DNA from: Octopus sinensis
Taxonomy: Eukaryota
Direction: 5' to 3'
NCBI RefSeq assembly: GCF_006345805.1
Contig: NC_042999.1
Span: 38,936,001-39,000,000, forward strand
DNA length: 64,000 nucleotides
Below the pieces are notes generated by a model. That model searched no databases. It was not told the origin of the DNA and worked only from the letters and a program-made list of their open reading frames with translations. Both the position numbers and the translations under genes were made by a program. Numbering within the stretch: position 1 is the first letter of the stretch; each line of letters opens with the position of its first letter. This document shows, one piece after another, positions 13,471 through 26,921 of this stretch.

Positions 13471-13481
13471 ATGAAACCTTC

Positions 13482-13487
<6 letters not shown>

Positions 13488-13540
<53 letters not shown>

Positions 13541-13589
13541 TTATTATTATTATTATATTATTATTATTATTATATTATTATTATTATTA

Positions 13590-13622
<33 letters not shown>

Positions 13623-13680
13623 TATTATTATTATTATTATTAATATTATTATTATTAATATTATTATTATTATTATTATA

Positions 13681-13713
<33 letters not shown>

Positions 13714-13715
13714 TT
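13488..13715. repeat. Compound (CTT)n-(ATT)n microsatellite
   Basis: Direct reading of the sequence. Confidence 0.95.
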
Positions 13716-14881
13716 AGTCTCTTTGTCAAATATATTTCGTCACACATCCAGTGTTCTCTTCAGTTACTCTTTATTTCACGTGTCTCTTCTTGTTCCGCTT
13801 ATTACATTTTATTTCTCTGTATTCTTATCTGCCTATGCGGTTGCAGCTGTATCTGTTTATCTGTGTGTGCTTACGCATGCGTGTATGTACAACTGATTAG
13901 TAAGTGTGCTTACTATGTGTGCTTTGCGTGCTTGTATATGTCTTTCCATACTACGCTGTACCCGTGTCTTTTTTGTCTATTTTGTTTATTTATTCCCTTC
14001 CTTACTCTTTCTTCATTCGTCAGAATGCGCAGTGTGGTGCAGTGGTGCGTGTTATTATTCCATTCATGTTTTCTGTTGAAACTTGATCTGTGTATTACAA
14101 CATGTGTCCTCCGTAATCTGTCTGAATATCATGTCTCTTCTATAATTGCTAATATCATAACATCTACGTTATTAACCGTGCCTCTATGTTCCAAACTGAG
14201 CATGTTGGTGGAACACTGACGAGCGTTTCTCCTCCTTTAGCGTTCACCTATCCTCTCACCTGTCCTACGTGTTGTCTCCAAATTGTATTGTCTGGTTTCT
14301 GCACCCTCCATCACTACAAATTATACTGAAGACTACATTTCTGAAAGTTTACCTGTGGATTCATACAATTGCTATACATGCAGGGAGTACTTTCAGATAC
14401 ATATGTTGTACAGAACAGGGATGGATTTTACGGGGTCCCCGGGCTCTCTACTACTTTAATTTGTAGATTCGTCATACCTAAGGTGTTTCTAAAAAGATGT
14501 GATAATTCGCCCCTAAGAAAAGATAAATCTATAGATAAATATAATAAATATTTAAAAGACATGAATGCAAACAGTATAATAAGTAAACCCATGAACACAC
14601 ACACAAAACACACATACTAAAAGCATAGACCCCCCACAGACGCACAGACACATATACAGACGAGAGCTCATAGAAATATACTGATGGCACTCCAGAAGGA
14701 CAACACAGAATAAGCAGAAAAAGAGGAACGCGAGGGATAAAAGTCTTTGAAGCGGTCACAGGCTGTATGGTAAAAGAACTTGAACAAAAAAGGAAAATAA
14801 AAATAAGTTGAAATGACGACCAAATATATAATGCGTGCACTTAATTGACAAAAATATGACCATCACCACGTATAGAAATAT

Positions 14882-14926
<45 letters not shown>

Positions 14927-15406
14927 GACACATACGCAAGCACTATGCACACACGCGCATATATCCGATCTAGACGGTATTTATATTCTATCAGAAATGG
15001 CCGACCAATTACTATATATCCTCAATGCGGGAATGATACTCAATTCATTGATCCCATAACAATGGAAGGCAACGTCTATCTGGGAGTTATTAGAACGGAG
15101 AATGTAAAGACGGAAAAATACAATAAAGCATTTTGTCCCACACGGTAACAATCCTGCTATTCACCCTCATCCGGAATAACGGCATGAAAACAATTTATAC
15201 TAAAACATAGAGTCCGTCTTCTCATATGGGGAAATTAAGCGAGCTTATTCAAATAGCATGAAGACCAACACCATTATAGAATAATAATAAACGTTATTTT
15301 ATGGATTTAAGCCATAATATTGAGATAAGTCTAATGTTCAATGGCAGATAGTTAAGAAATTGCTCTAGCTTCGGTCACACTGATTATAACATATACATGC
15401 ATATGT

Positions 15407-15489
<83 letters not shown>

Positions 15490-16837
15490 ATATATGTATA
15501 TATGCATAAACATAAACTAGATTGCAGATATTGAACACAGAAATTTGATGACTATGGAATAAAGCAATGTCAACGATGAAAATGAACAATTATACGGATT
15601 TAGAATCAACTTCTGCAGTTTTGACTAAATTTTCAGTTTCATAATTTAATTATCTGCAAATAGGGAATGAAGACAAGCTGTCTCTCCAAGTGGTCTTGTT
15701 AATTTCCACTAGCTTTCAACCATAGGAATTTTAATGCATTATCTATTTTCTGTTCTTATTTTAAATTATATCTCTTTCTGGCTATATTTACTCTGTCTTT
15801 CTAACACACTTTGCGTTGCAATATTCACAAAATTATACGTGCATATACCAATTAGTGGTTGAGAAACAAACCTATGTAACTAATTAAGAGTCTAAGGTAA
15901 AGTCTCCCGCAGTTGATCAATACAATATATATGTGGTGTGTGTGTGTATGTGTGAGTATGTGTGTGTGAGTTTGCGTGCATATATTTATAGATAATTAGA
16001 TAAAAAAATGTGTATGAACACTTGTAATATATCTCAGTGTATAACTATATATATCTCAGCGTATATATATATATATTATATATATATATATATATACGGA
16101 TCATTTTGAATCCAATAAAATTGGAAATTTAAGGGAAAAAGTTATCATAACCAATTATTATGTTATCAAATTTTTATCAAGATGACAAATTTTAAAATAT
16201 TAGATATTTATGACTAGAGTATTCTACATTCACCCATTCCTATAGACAATGCTAATTAGTTTGTTTAAATGAGCTGCTTTCAACCTGAGGTGACATTTTC
16301 AGTTTCATAGATTGGCGAACGGGGGGAAAGTGATTATATTTATTTATTTGATTATTTTTCACCAGGCTCCGTTTCTATTAGCTAAACATAAAAACGCATT
16401 GGCATTAAAGGTTTAAAAAAAACAAAAAAACAATTGAGAAATCATAAAAAAAAACCCAAAAAACAAACAGAATCGCAGGAGTGAAAATCATAAAGAAATA
16501 AAACAGCGCAAAATATTTTTCCCTGAGGGGACACTTCATGGAGACTTGAAAATATAATTAATTCTAATTAGCATTTGAAATTATGGAATTTTGTTTTTGA
16601 AATGTTTCCTATATTCATTTTCTTCAGTTTTGCTCCCAAGTTGTGTCTTTTTAATACCAATACACAATATTCTGCCAATAATACGGTTAATGATTAATGC
16701 AATAGTGGCCTGGATAATCAGAATAATACTGATTTGGGATACAGAAAGATCATGTCTATATCAAATACAACAACAACAATAATATTAATAATGATAACAA
16801 TGATGACTTTGATGATGGTGATGATGATGATACTAAA

Positions 16838-16922
<85 letters not shown>

Positions 16923-17150
16923 TATTATTATCATTTTTATTGTTTTTATTATTATAATGATGACGATGATGATGATGATAACAACAGCAACAACAACAAA
17001 AGCAACAACAACAACAACAACAATGATAATAATAATAATGATAACAATAATTGCAACGCAATGTGTGTTAGAGTGACAGAATACAAAAAAGAAAAGTTCA
17101 GAAATCCAAAAATTTGACGAGTTGATCATTGGTATATATATATATATATA

Positions 17151-17436
17151 ATTTCAACAATTGAGGGCAAAATTAATTAATTATTAATCAATTTCACCAA
17201 GTGTTCAGTATGCAAAGGGACCATTCAAGGCGAATTCAAATTATTACATTATATAAAAGGGCTTAGTAAAATAAATTACTTTGCCGCATACTGAACTCAT
17301 TAGAAATAGCAGCCAAAAAACTTTTTTAAAGCTATTTCTAATACTTAGAAATAGCTTTAAAAAAGTTTTTTGGCTGCTATTTCTAATGAGTTCAGTATGC
17401 GGCAAAGTAATTTATTTTACTAAGCCCTTTTATATA
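17151..17436. mobile_element. (TA)n-bounded foldback insertion with perfect 92 bp arms
   Basis: Arms 17250-17341 and 17345-17436 are exact reverse complements around loop tac. About 100 bp left extension; (TA)n on both sides. Confidence 0.8.
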
Positions 17437-17437
17437 T

Positions 17438-17493
<56 letters not shown>

Positions 17494-18024
17494 CATAATA
17501 TTTTTTTTATCAGTAATTAAAAATACACCAAAGTAACTTAGTTATTTTCAAAATCAATGTCAGCTCTCTCATTAGTAGTAAATACATTTGAACTCTGCTG
17601 ATTCGAAGGGTGTGAGGCCGCTTTTGTCTCCTTATCGCATATGAATGCCCATTGCTGACCTCTTCCCCATCTACCGAATCTATTTACAGAACTGTGGAAT
17701 TTAATCTATTCACCAAGTTCCTACTGTTCTCTTAAAAACGCTTATATTTATGGTCATCTCAATTACAAGACAGAAGTTGAAACTAAATAACTTTCAATAT
17801 TACATTTCAATAATAAATGGAAATAATAATAACGATGGCAATAATGGCGAATGTGGTAATGATAATAAAATTAATTGGCCAAAACTAATGTCGGATCAGA
17901 GAAAATATTAACAAAGGCAAATAGTAGTAAAAAATGAAAATAATAATATCAGTGATGATAATAATAATAATAATAATGAAAGGAAGCGGTTGGAATCTCC
18001 CTATGCACTGATTGATGATATATC

Positions 18025-19720
18025 TAGTGATGGTATCACAATAATAACAATGGTGATTGCGCAACCTGATAATTCCTACCTCATATGCGTGACAATGAAA
18101 AAAGAAAATATTGTGAATAACGGTGGTAATGAAACTGAAGCCCTTGATCGTGACAGTGTTGCACTCGGCAGGCTCAGAGATACTGGTCCGACTCCAGTCT
18201 GTCGTTATTCAGCAAGGAGCCAGCACACACAGCGCAGATACAACAAACAAATCAACCCCGTAGACGAAAATGGTGTTCATCTAAGGGGATATCGACAACG
18301 TATGTATGATCAATGGGGAGAAAGAGGATTGTTCCAACTCACGGAACAGAGATTATCTGATCAACCTAAGACAATAAGAAACAAATCGTTGGTTCACAGA
18401 AGTAGAGCTCGAAGCTATCAAAAGACAAGTATTGGAAAACGATGAAAATGCAGTTCCTACTGATAAAAGTAATCTCATAGTAGAAAACAGAGGTGAAAGC
18501 TCTAATAAACCACAGGTAACTAACAGTGATATATTGTTCAATGAGAGATATATTGATGGTTTGAAAGAAGACGATAAAACTAATGGTGAAATGATAGATG
18601 GGCAAAAGGCAATCTACGACAGAATACAAACAAGTCTACAGGAGAACGATAGCGACATTATTTGCAACCTTACAAAGGTTGATCGGTGTAAACTGAACCA
18701 AGAAACAAAAAGATGTGAATGAAATTCTGAAATACATCAGAACAAAAACAACAAAGAAAGAAATAATTTGATCAAGGCAGCAAGTATTGTTGAAGAAGAA
18801 AGTGTTGATGTCAAGAAAAAGAAATATAATGGGAATGATAAAAGAAAGATCTATGGTGGAAAAGAAGAATACAGGCGAGGTTAGATATGCTCTCGAAGGA
18901 GATTTCTGTGTTAGACCGAAAAGGAAAGGGGGAGCTTAAAAGCAAAGTATAATATTGAACGAAAGGGCGTGAAGTTGGTAATGGAGAAACTGAAACAGCG
19001 CCTCGTTGAAAAGCAAGCAAATATGATACGATAAAACCAATGCAGACAAGTAACTTCAGAGTGGTTGACAACTGGTGGGACAGTCCTGTTCTTGAAAAAC
19101 ATTGAAAAAATCTATACGATAAACAATTACATGCAAATATCCTGCTTGCCACTTATATGGAAATTACTGGCTAGATTAGTCGAAGATTCAACGTACGGAA
19201 ATCTGGAAAAAAAATGGAGTCCTACCACATGAGCAGAAAGGTTGCAAGCGTATGTGCAGAAGTACCAAAGAACAACTAGTAGACAAATCAGTACTTAGAG
19301 ATTGCAAGAAGATTATCGTAAGGCACACGATATGATCTAACATTCTTGGATTATGGAATGTATGAACCTATTTGGTATTGTATAGAATGTCGAGCGATTG
19401 CGTGGAACAATTATGGTCAAGTGGAGGACAGAACCAACAGCATACGTGGATCTAAAACCAGAAACAATTTCTCTCGTAATAGGCGCATTAGGCATAATAA
19501 AAAAATATTCAGACAAATACAGGACAACAGCACCAGGACTAACAAGTATGTACAGCATACAGAAAATCGCACTACTAGGTACTGCACACAACCAACATAA
19601 AACACTTTCAATACAGTAACTATAAGACAATCACAACAAACTAGAGTACATACCCAAGGCACGCAGTACCGCGCTCGGTAGTGCACTGAAAGCACGTTAT
19701 TAAAAGTAAGAATACTGAAT
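18025..19720 (+). mobile_element. R4/Dong-like LINE retaining 5' and 3' ends with large internal deletions (copy C)
   Basis: N-terminal GYRQRMYDQWGERGLFQLTEQRLSDQ; RT motifs [35 protein letters not shown]; then a jump to LKPETISLVIGALGIIKKYSDKY..LLGTAH. The 3' UTR is homologous to copy A, followed by an (AAT)n tail. Confidence 0.85.
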
Positions 19721-19776
19721 AATGATAATAATAATAATAATAGTAATAATAATAATAATAATGATGATGACGATGA

Positions 19777-19825
<49 letters not shown>

Positions 19826-19871
19826 GCTACTGCTACTGCTACTACTACTACTACTACTACTACTGCTACTG

Positions 19872-19913
<42 letters not shown>

Positions 19914-19915
19914 TT
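19720..19915. repeat. (AAT)n-(TAC/TGC)n compound microsatellite
   Basis: Direct reading of the sequence. Confidence 0.95.
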
Positions 19916-21054
19916 GTCAGCAATTCTGATTTTATAATGCCGCCACATTATCCAATGTAGATATTGGTTAAATTTGTCAGGCCTTCATTTGTACTCTACA
20001 GGTGCTAATGCTTTACGTCCAGAGAACAGGTGGTCTACTGTTTCAATCCCGTCGTTGCAGTATCAGCTGTTTGGGTCTACACCATTTTTCATCATATTGG
20101 CTTGATAGTTCCTGGTCAATAAGCTCTGATTTTGGACAGCCAAGGTAAAGTCTTGACTCTCTTCTTTTAGTCTTGAGCTGCTCCGTAGCCACTGATGAGT
20201 GTGCTTCTGTTCTACATCAGCTTGCTTGCTACGGGCCACAAATTTGTCATGCAGACGGTTTTGGTCCCTCCTATCAGCGAATTGTTCAAATGCATTTTGC
20301 TTTGCTATTGATTTCACCTTTTTTGCAACTACGGTTGTTGCACTTCCATCATGCTATTCAGCCTGGGTTTCACGCATAAACTCTCTTGAAATCTACTTTA
20401 CTCTCCTTCATAACGGAACGAATCTTCGAACGTCTTTCACGGTTTTCATCGTACCTTAGCATACAGTCGTTAGATGTTTCCAGATATTTTGCCAGTCGAG
20501 TTCTAATGGATTTGTAGGAAATTTCAAACTGGATCAAGCTTCGACCTCCTTGAGCTCTGGATAAGTAAAGGCGATATGTGTCTGCGTTTGAGTGGTGCAT
20601 CCTATTGCAAGTTTTCAACTTACGGATTTCCTTGTTAATCTTCATTATTTCGCTCATATTCCAGTTCAACATATTGAACCAGTTAATAAAAACTGCTAAG
20701 GAATTTATAGCTAACATCTTGTTATGCGCATTTAATTCGGATTTTAGGACCGCTCGAACTCTCCTATAACACTCCTTCCTGATCTTCGCTTTCATACGTG
20801 CCTGCTGATTATCAGAGCCCTCATTTATTCCGAGGGATTTGTAAATTTGTTCCTGCTCGAGTTCTTTTAATGATTGTATTAACGTCCAATATCACTGAAT
20901 GTGAGGTCTTCAATTTCCCTTCCTGGAAAGTGGCTTTGGCACATTTATCGAGACCAAATTCCAACCAGATGTCATCACCGAATGCTTTCAAAGAAAGTAG
21001 TAGTCCTTCAAGCTCATTATCGTTTTTGCCATAGAGTTTTGAGTCATCCATATA
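19916..21054 (-). mobile_element. Degenerate R4/Dong-like LINE RT-to-zinc-knuckle fragment (copy D)
   Basis: YMDDSKLY at 21054-21031, FGLDKCAK, KIRKECYRRVR, HQWLRSS, QNQSLLTRNYQ, ETVDHLFSG. Multiple stops and frameshifts. Confidence 0.9.
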
Positions 21055-21235
21055 TTCCTTCTTCTTGGTGACTCCTTTAGATTCATGTTCGTACCACTTC
21101 TATGTTTTGTACAAGACGTACTTTTCACATAGCTTCCAGTGTACGAACTTAGCCACGTTATCGTGCCTCTTTTTGTAGTGCTTTTCAGCTAGCTTGCTAC
21201 ACTCTCAATATGTATTTTGCTTCTGCAGCCAAAAT
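21055..21235 (-). mobile_element. Zinc-knuckle-downstream fragment of a different RLE LINE fused to copy D
   Basis: Reads ECSKLAEKHYKKRHDNVAKFVHWKLCEKY..KWYEHE, which normally lies downstream of RT but here sits upstream of YMDD. Confidence 0.75.
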
Positions 21236-21263
21236 CCTACAAGGTGGATTACTACTACTACTA

Positions 21264-21295
<32 letters not shown>

Positions 21296-21397
21296 TACTA
21301 CTACTACTACTACTACTATCATCATGATCCTCATGATCCATTATCAACATCATGATGATGATGATGATGATGATGATCATTATTATTATTGTTATTA

Positions 21398-21453
<56 letters not shown>

Positions 21454-22360
21454 GATTTTATTGCAGTAAAATTTGGCACTTTCAGGTCAGTAGCAGGTAC
21501 GGGACAACCAGATTTCTTCAGATTTCCAGAGAATTTTCTCGGAACGTTCCTCTAAATAGTGTTGGTGGCTGAAACTCTATCTTGGATATATGCTTGGATT
21601 GCGTGGGGCTAACTGATAAGACGTAGTGCAAACTCTAGGAAAGCTGGTCAGGTATTTCTAGCTGCCTGAGAGTTAAGAAATTCTTCTTGGTGTTGTTGCC
21701 TTGAATGTGTTTCGGAAGCTCTGTGAATTAGTGATTTGCCTTCTTTTGAAAGTCTGTTTTTGTCGGTTTATTGTTCCACCTTCTTTCTTAGTTGATCTGT
21801 GCTATAAGGGACGGACCAGTCTCAAAACGATAGTATTTCTTTTCGATATATAGCAAAATTCTCAAAATAGTGTCATGTTTGCCCACTAGCAAGGAATGTG
21901 GGCGAACATGTGCATCTCTGATCACGAGCAGAAATATTGATGATGAAACCATCTTTCATTCACATCTTCTATCACACAATACCACTCACATAGCAGCTAT
22001 TAAAAATAGTTTCATCAATGTCAAATATCAAAAACAACAGTAGCACAATAAGTGACAGCAATAACGACAGTCGCAGTAGCCAGAGAATGACATGTCAATC
22101 AAGGAAGCTTGCAAAATCACCAGTGGCAAAATGTCGTTCAATACCATTATTATAGTATCAGGCTGTAGCAGCATACATAAAATCGCCGCCACAATTATCA
22201 ATAACGGAGGCGACAACGGTGATAGCAACAACATCAGAAGCAGTGGAAGTAGCAAAGAATAATTATTTTTTCAATATCACTAATGCTTTCGATATCATCT
22301 CACCAGAAAAAAATCTTGCATGAATATTGAGAAATCGCGAAACACATCATCAGATTTGAA

Positions 22361-22464
22361 GAGAGCACCCTTTATACCAAAGCGGCACCCTTTATACCAA
22401 AGCGGCACCATTTAGACGAAAGCGGCATCCTTTAGACCAAAGCGGCACCCTTTCGACCAAAGCG
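22361..22464. repeat. 20 bp GC-rich minisatellite, 5 units (agcggcaccctttataccaa)
   Basis: Units start at 22361, 22381, 22401, 22421 and 22441, each with 0-4 substitutions. Confidence 0.9.
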
Positions 22465-23689
22465 AAAGAAAGGGTATCTGTATACAATGTTGCCGACGAG
22501 GAGAGGCAAATATAAACGTATAACGTCAGGCTCAGCAAATTCTGTTTAAGAAATACATGGCGAGAAGTGAAATATGTGCCATATGCATTTAAGTTTGGAT
22601 ATTTTCGTGTTATTTTTCATTCGGAAAACCTAGTCAAGAAGCATTCAACTGTCAAACAATGAAGTTTTCACACTGTTACCAATACTGTTTTCGACGGAGA
22701 GTGAACTGAAAAAATCTCAGATATAATAGAGGGGAAAGATTTGATATTGGGAAAATGCAAGGCTTGTGAAAGGCCTGGCCCGCTCCAAAATATATATATT
22801 GTTTACGGAAAGATAATTCGATTGTGATGTAGTCGGATATACTAATTCAGGTGAAATTTGTAACACTGAAAAAGCCATCGACCTAACAGAGATACCATGA
22901 GGGTGGCAATTATAGGTAGTTGCTGGGCTTAGTTTTGTCTTGATATTGCAGTTATGAAAATGCTAAATGGAAAACGTTCTACTCCCAACAGCAACAAAAG
23001 AAAGCAACACCTGAAAAGAGGCCCCTACTACTGCCAATACCACATTCGCTATCATCAAAACAATGGTAGCAACCACGACAAAACAATCCAGCAACTTTAA
23101 CAACGTTAACCATTTGCAACTAGCGATTGAAGAACCAGCTACAAGCGAGTTCATAGCTCAAAAATAACAGCAACAGCAACAAACATCACCCCCAGGAACT
23201 ACTAAATCCTGAAAAAATGAACCACATCTGGGAGTCCTGAGAAACAACAACAACAAAAGCATAGACATGCTCCTTCAGACTTGGTATCACTAGTGGCGAA
23301 GGGGTAGGTGGGTGGCGTAAATGGTAAAAAAAAATCATCAATGCAAATATAAGAATGTCAAAAAAAATATTTCGACAAATTACACAGTCATAGACACAAC
23401 GGTAATGGACTAAATTATTACAGAGAACAATATACAAACATCAAAAAATGACTATATTGCTTTACGTTATAAAATTCCAGTACACAACAATATCTAAATA
23501 TTACAAAACATAACGATCTTGAAACATAAAATCCCTAAAGAAAAATGCGACTTCGGGGGAAATATAAAGAATAGACGGATAAATAATCATTTGTGGAACC
23601 CCAATCCGGAATATATGCAGGGACAGAATACCTTGCTCTTAGCAGCGTAAAGATAAATCAGTTCGTTCTAATGTCTCCTTTCATCCAAT

Positions 23690-24150
23690 CGCGTTACATT
23701 GAATAGACAACATTAATGCATGTGGCCTAGGTCATCATAGAAGGAGAGCTACCCGCTGAACAACTTGAGGTCTCTTGATATAGGTGTTTTGGACCTCTGT
23801 GAGACCAAAACATCTGAGCTACTAGTCTCCACGCCCATTGCCAATAAATACGATACCTAAGACTCGACCGGGATTGTATACACGAGTGCCCGTGGTGTTT
23901 CGAGTGATATGTATATCACGATTTTCATTGAGATGAAGTGTTAGCTGGTGGTCCTAAATTTGAGTGGCGTAAAAAATTATGGATTTTACACTGGTAGTTA
24001 TTTACATGCCGTCAGGTGCAGGTTGATGGCATTTCTTCAGGTATCCTGAGGTGTTTCACATAACGCTCCCACCGACATCGATGAAGTAATATTCCTGTCA
24101 GAGACTACTGGCGATGTAAATGATCATCATTTCCTACAAATTCCGAAGCC
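23690..24150 (+). mobile_element. Possible highly degenerate AP-endonuclease region of an RTE/L2-type LINE
   Basis: Frame reading KESYPLNNLRSLDIGVLDLCETK resembles the APE N-terminal xLxxxxIDIxxLxET motif. Many stops. Confidence 0.35.
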
Positions 24151-26361
24151 TTCTGATTATGTTGAAAAAATATTAAAATTTGACTTCGAATTTTATGACA
24201 CGTGTTCTAAAAGAGGTATCATTCGACTGAATGTTTAATTTCAATGTAGTGTAGTTATAATCGTGTGTATAGATATTTCATCACAATCTACTATCTTAAG
24301 TCCGCTATCGATTCTTGTGCAATATATAGACAAAAGGTTAGATATTTATCATTGCAGCATAGTATGCTAAATGGCCATATATTGTCAGGTAGCAAGATTT
24401 AGACAATCCATGTCCTTTCTATGATAGAGTAGGGTTGTCAATATTTCTGGCCGTTGTTGAACCAATAATGTTATCATTAAATTTTTTTTTTACATGCCTA
24501 TTAAACCTGTTACAACTCTTTTTCTAGAACTGTTAGCATATTTCTTAACGAGCATATGTACTAGCAGAAAGAGAGAACAAATATACGGATATATTCACTC
24601 TTCCCAACGGTAAGAAAACCAGAAAAACTAAATTATTTTTCTTTGACCAATTGCAAATTTGTAACTGATTATATCTTTTTATTTTCGTTGTTTCCTTGCA
24701 GTTGAATTGTGGCCCCAGTGCACCTAAAACAAGACATGTTTTCAGATTTAATACGTAGCATTTTTGATGTTGGAAAATAATTCATTTAGTTACTTCTTGC
24801 ATATCAAGATTTCCAGGATATCGACCAAGAAGAGTTCTCTGATTCTGTTTTCCATCTGATATGTTTTTTAGAACTATTTTGATTGTTTCCTTTATATATT
24901 ACACTGTCTTTCCTATCGAAAATATATCTGTCTTCTGTTATACAAAATCATAAAAAGAGATGGAACTATAAAGAGATAAATATAGACATCGAGATCGATA
25001 ATTGTTGGTGTGGATATAATTTGTTGACCGACGACTGCTAACAGAGACCACGAAAAAACACCAAAAACAAACAAAACAGAAAACAAAATCCATCTGTTTA
25101 AAAGCTTTACTGTGTGAAGATAACACATAAAGAAGTGCTGCTGCGTTTCAAATGTTTGTCCGCCAACCTACAACATCATATGCCTACAAATCAACTTTGA
25201 ATATCTAACATTACTAATACAAAAAAGGGAAAATATATATGCCATTTTTAACCACCTAGTTAGAATAGGAATTACGTCTCGCATGCAACAATTGCAGGAA
25301 ATGAAAGACAGATACGAGAAAAGGGAACAATAATCTCTTAGATTATTCTCAAAACATGCTCTAATCTGGATATTAGTAAAATGGTGGGTTATGGGACAAA
25401 AAAACACTAACGAATAGATTTTAGAATACGTAATATGGTGGTGAAATTAAGAACAGCAGGGGGAGGGGGGGCTAATCACGAATGTAAAACGTAGAAGAGC
25501 GTGACGTAATAACGGACCGATGATTTTTCATATTATTGACACCTTGTGCATTTTTTGAGTGTGAGTAAGACCGCAGAATAAGCGGGATATAGATATCCAC
25601 AGTGCAGTGCTTACATAAATGCGAAGCTAAAATATATCTCTCTATCCTGTGCTAGTGTCCTGGCTGCGAAAGCTATAAAACGTCCGCGTCAAGCTAGAAT
25701 AAAATATGGATAATGAAAGTCTGATGAACACAAATAAACTTAATGTGAATAAAATACTTCTGTAAAAACTCGTTTCATCTACCTTATTCAGACTCTGTAT
25801 TTTGCAATCTATGTAAATATTCTCTTACTTGTAGTTACCTATCTGTCTGTCTATATGTCTATCTATCGATTGTGCTTTTAAGAGGAGTACGGAATGACCG
25901 ACCTCTTACTTACTATTGCATAGTTGCATAGTAGCGTGTGTAAATCAACTATTTCATAGTTCTTATGGTTATCTGTTCACCTTTTTTCTTTCTCTTTTGG
26001 ATGGTTTTGTTATGAGTCCTGGGCCCGTTTTTACAGTGTTTACATCTTTAACTCAACACCGCCTATGGACATGTGTTGATGTTCCTTTCATAGTTATAGT
26101 TGTTATTGATGTATCAGTGAGAGACCAATAAGAAGTAGCAATGCTCTTATATGTAGAGGTCTTATATAAATATAGATGTATAAATAATTAAATTTTAAAA
26201 TTGAAAATTCTACTCACAGGCTTGTAGTTCTCGCATAGAAACACTGCAATCCATGTGTTTACATTTTCACGCACATGGTGCTGGGGCGGTGCATCTGGGT
26301 GGAGGCTATTACTTCTCTATATGTATATATATATATGTATAAATATATATAATATATATAT

Positions 26362-26437
<76 letters not shown>

Positions 26438-26582
26438 AAAGCAATTAAGATTCAAGTCAGTTCTAATGAATTCACTTGAATGCGGTACTTAACTTAGATG
26501 CACCAGAAAACTATATGGTATTAACCATACGATAACGTGGGGTGATTATAAACGAGAAAAAACAACAAGAATGGATTAGTTT

Positions 26583-26673
26583 TTTTAGTACAATTGTTTC
26601 ATACAAAGACAAGCTTTATTAAAAGCTGCAAATATTGCAGCAAATACACGTGTCCCGTACTCATCAGCTAAAA
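26583..26673 (-). ncRNA. Type I hammerhead ribozyme (mirror copy in left arm)
   Basis: Reverse complement of 26801-26891 with one substitution inside stem II. Core nucleotides are intact. Confidence 0.78.
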
Positions 26674-26800
26674 CACATATGAGTTCTCCAAGCATCCTAG
26701 TGGGTGAGGCTACACTCATGAAGTATCGGAGATAGTTCTATAAAAAGCAAATTTAGGTTGTAAGCGGACTTCTAAAGGATGCTTGGAGAACTCATATGTG

Positions 26801-26891
26801 TTTTAGCTGATGAGTACGGGACACTTGTATTTGCTGCAATATTTGCAGCTTTTAATAAAGCTTGTCTTTGTATGAAACAATTGTACTAAAA
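26801..26891 (+). ncRNA. Type I hammerhead ribozyme
   Basis: Stem I ttttag / ctaaaa; CTGATGA 26807-26813; stem II gtacgggac...gtctttgtat 26814-26873; GAAAC 26874-26878; palindromic stem III ACAATTGT; GTA 26883-26885. Confidence 0.8.
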
Positions 26892-26921
26892 GAACTAATC
26901 CATTCTTGTTGCTTTTTTCTC

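Noticed and set aside
13725-13765. Minus-strand CTGAAGA..GAAA tatatt motif
   Set aside because: Stem I does not pair and stem II is poorly formed.
22361-22464. CRISPR-like array
   Set aside because: Units are contiguous with no unique spacers, and the context is eukaryotic.
22028-23260. Hydrophobic or Asn/Ser-rich ORFs
   Set aside because: Degenerate AAC/AGC microsatellite-derived sequence.
25500-25690. TGACGTAA site plus TATAAAA as a promoter
   Set aside because: Short motifs expected by chance, with no downstream exon evidence.
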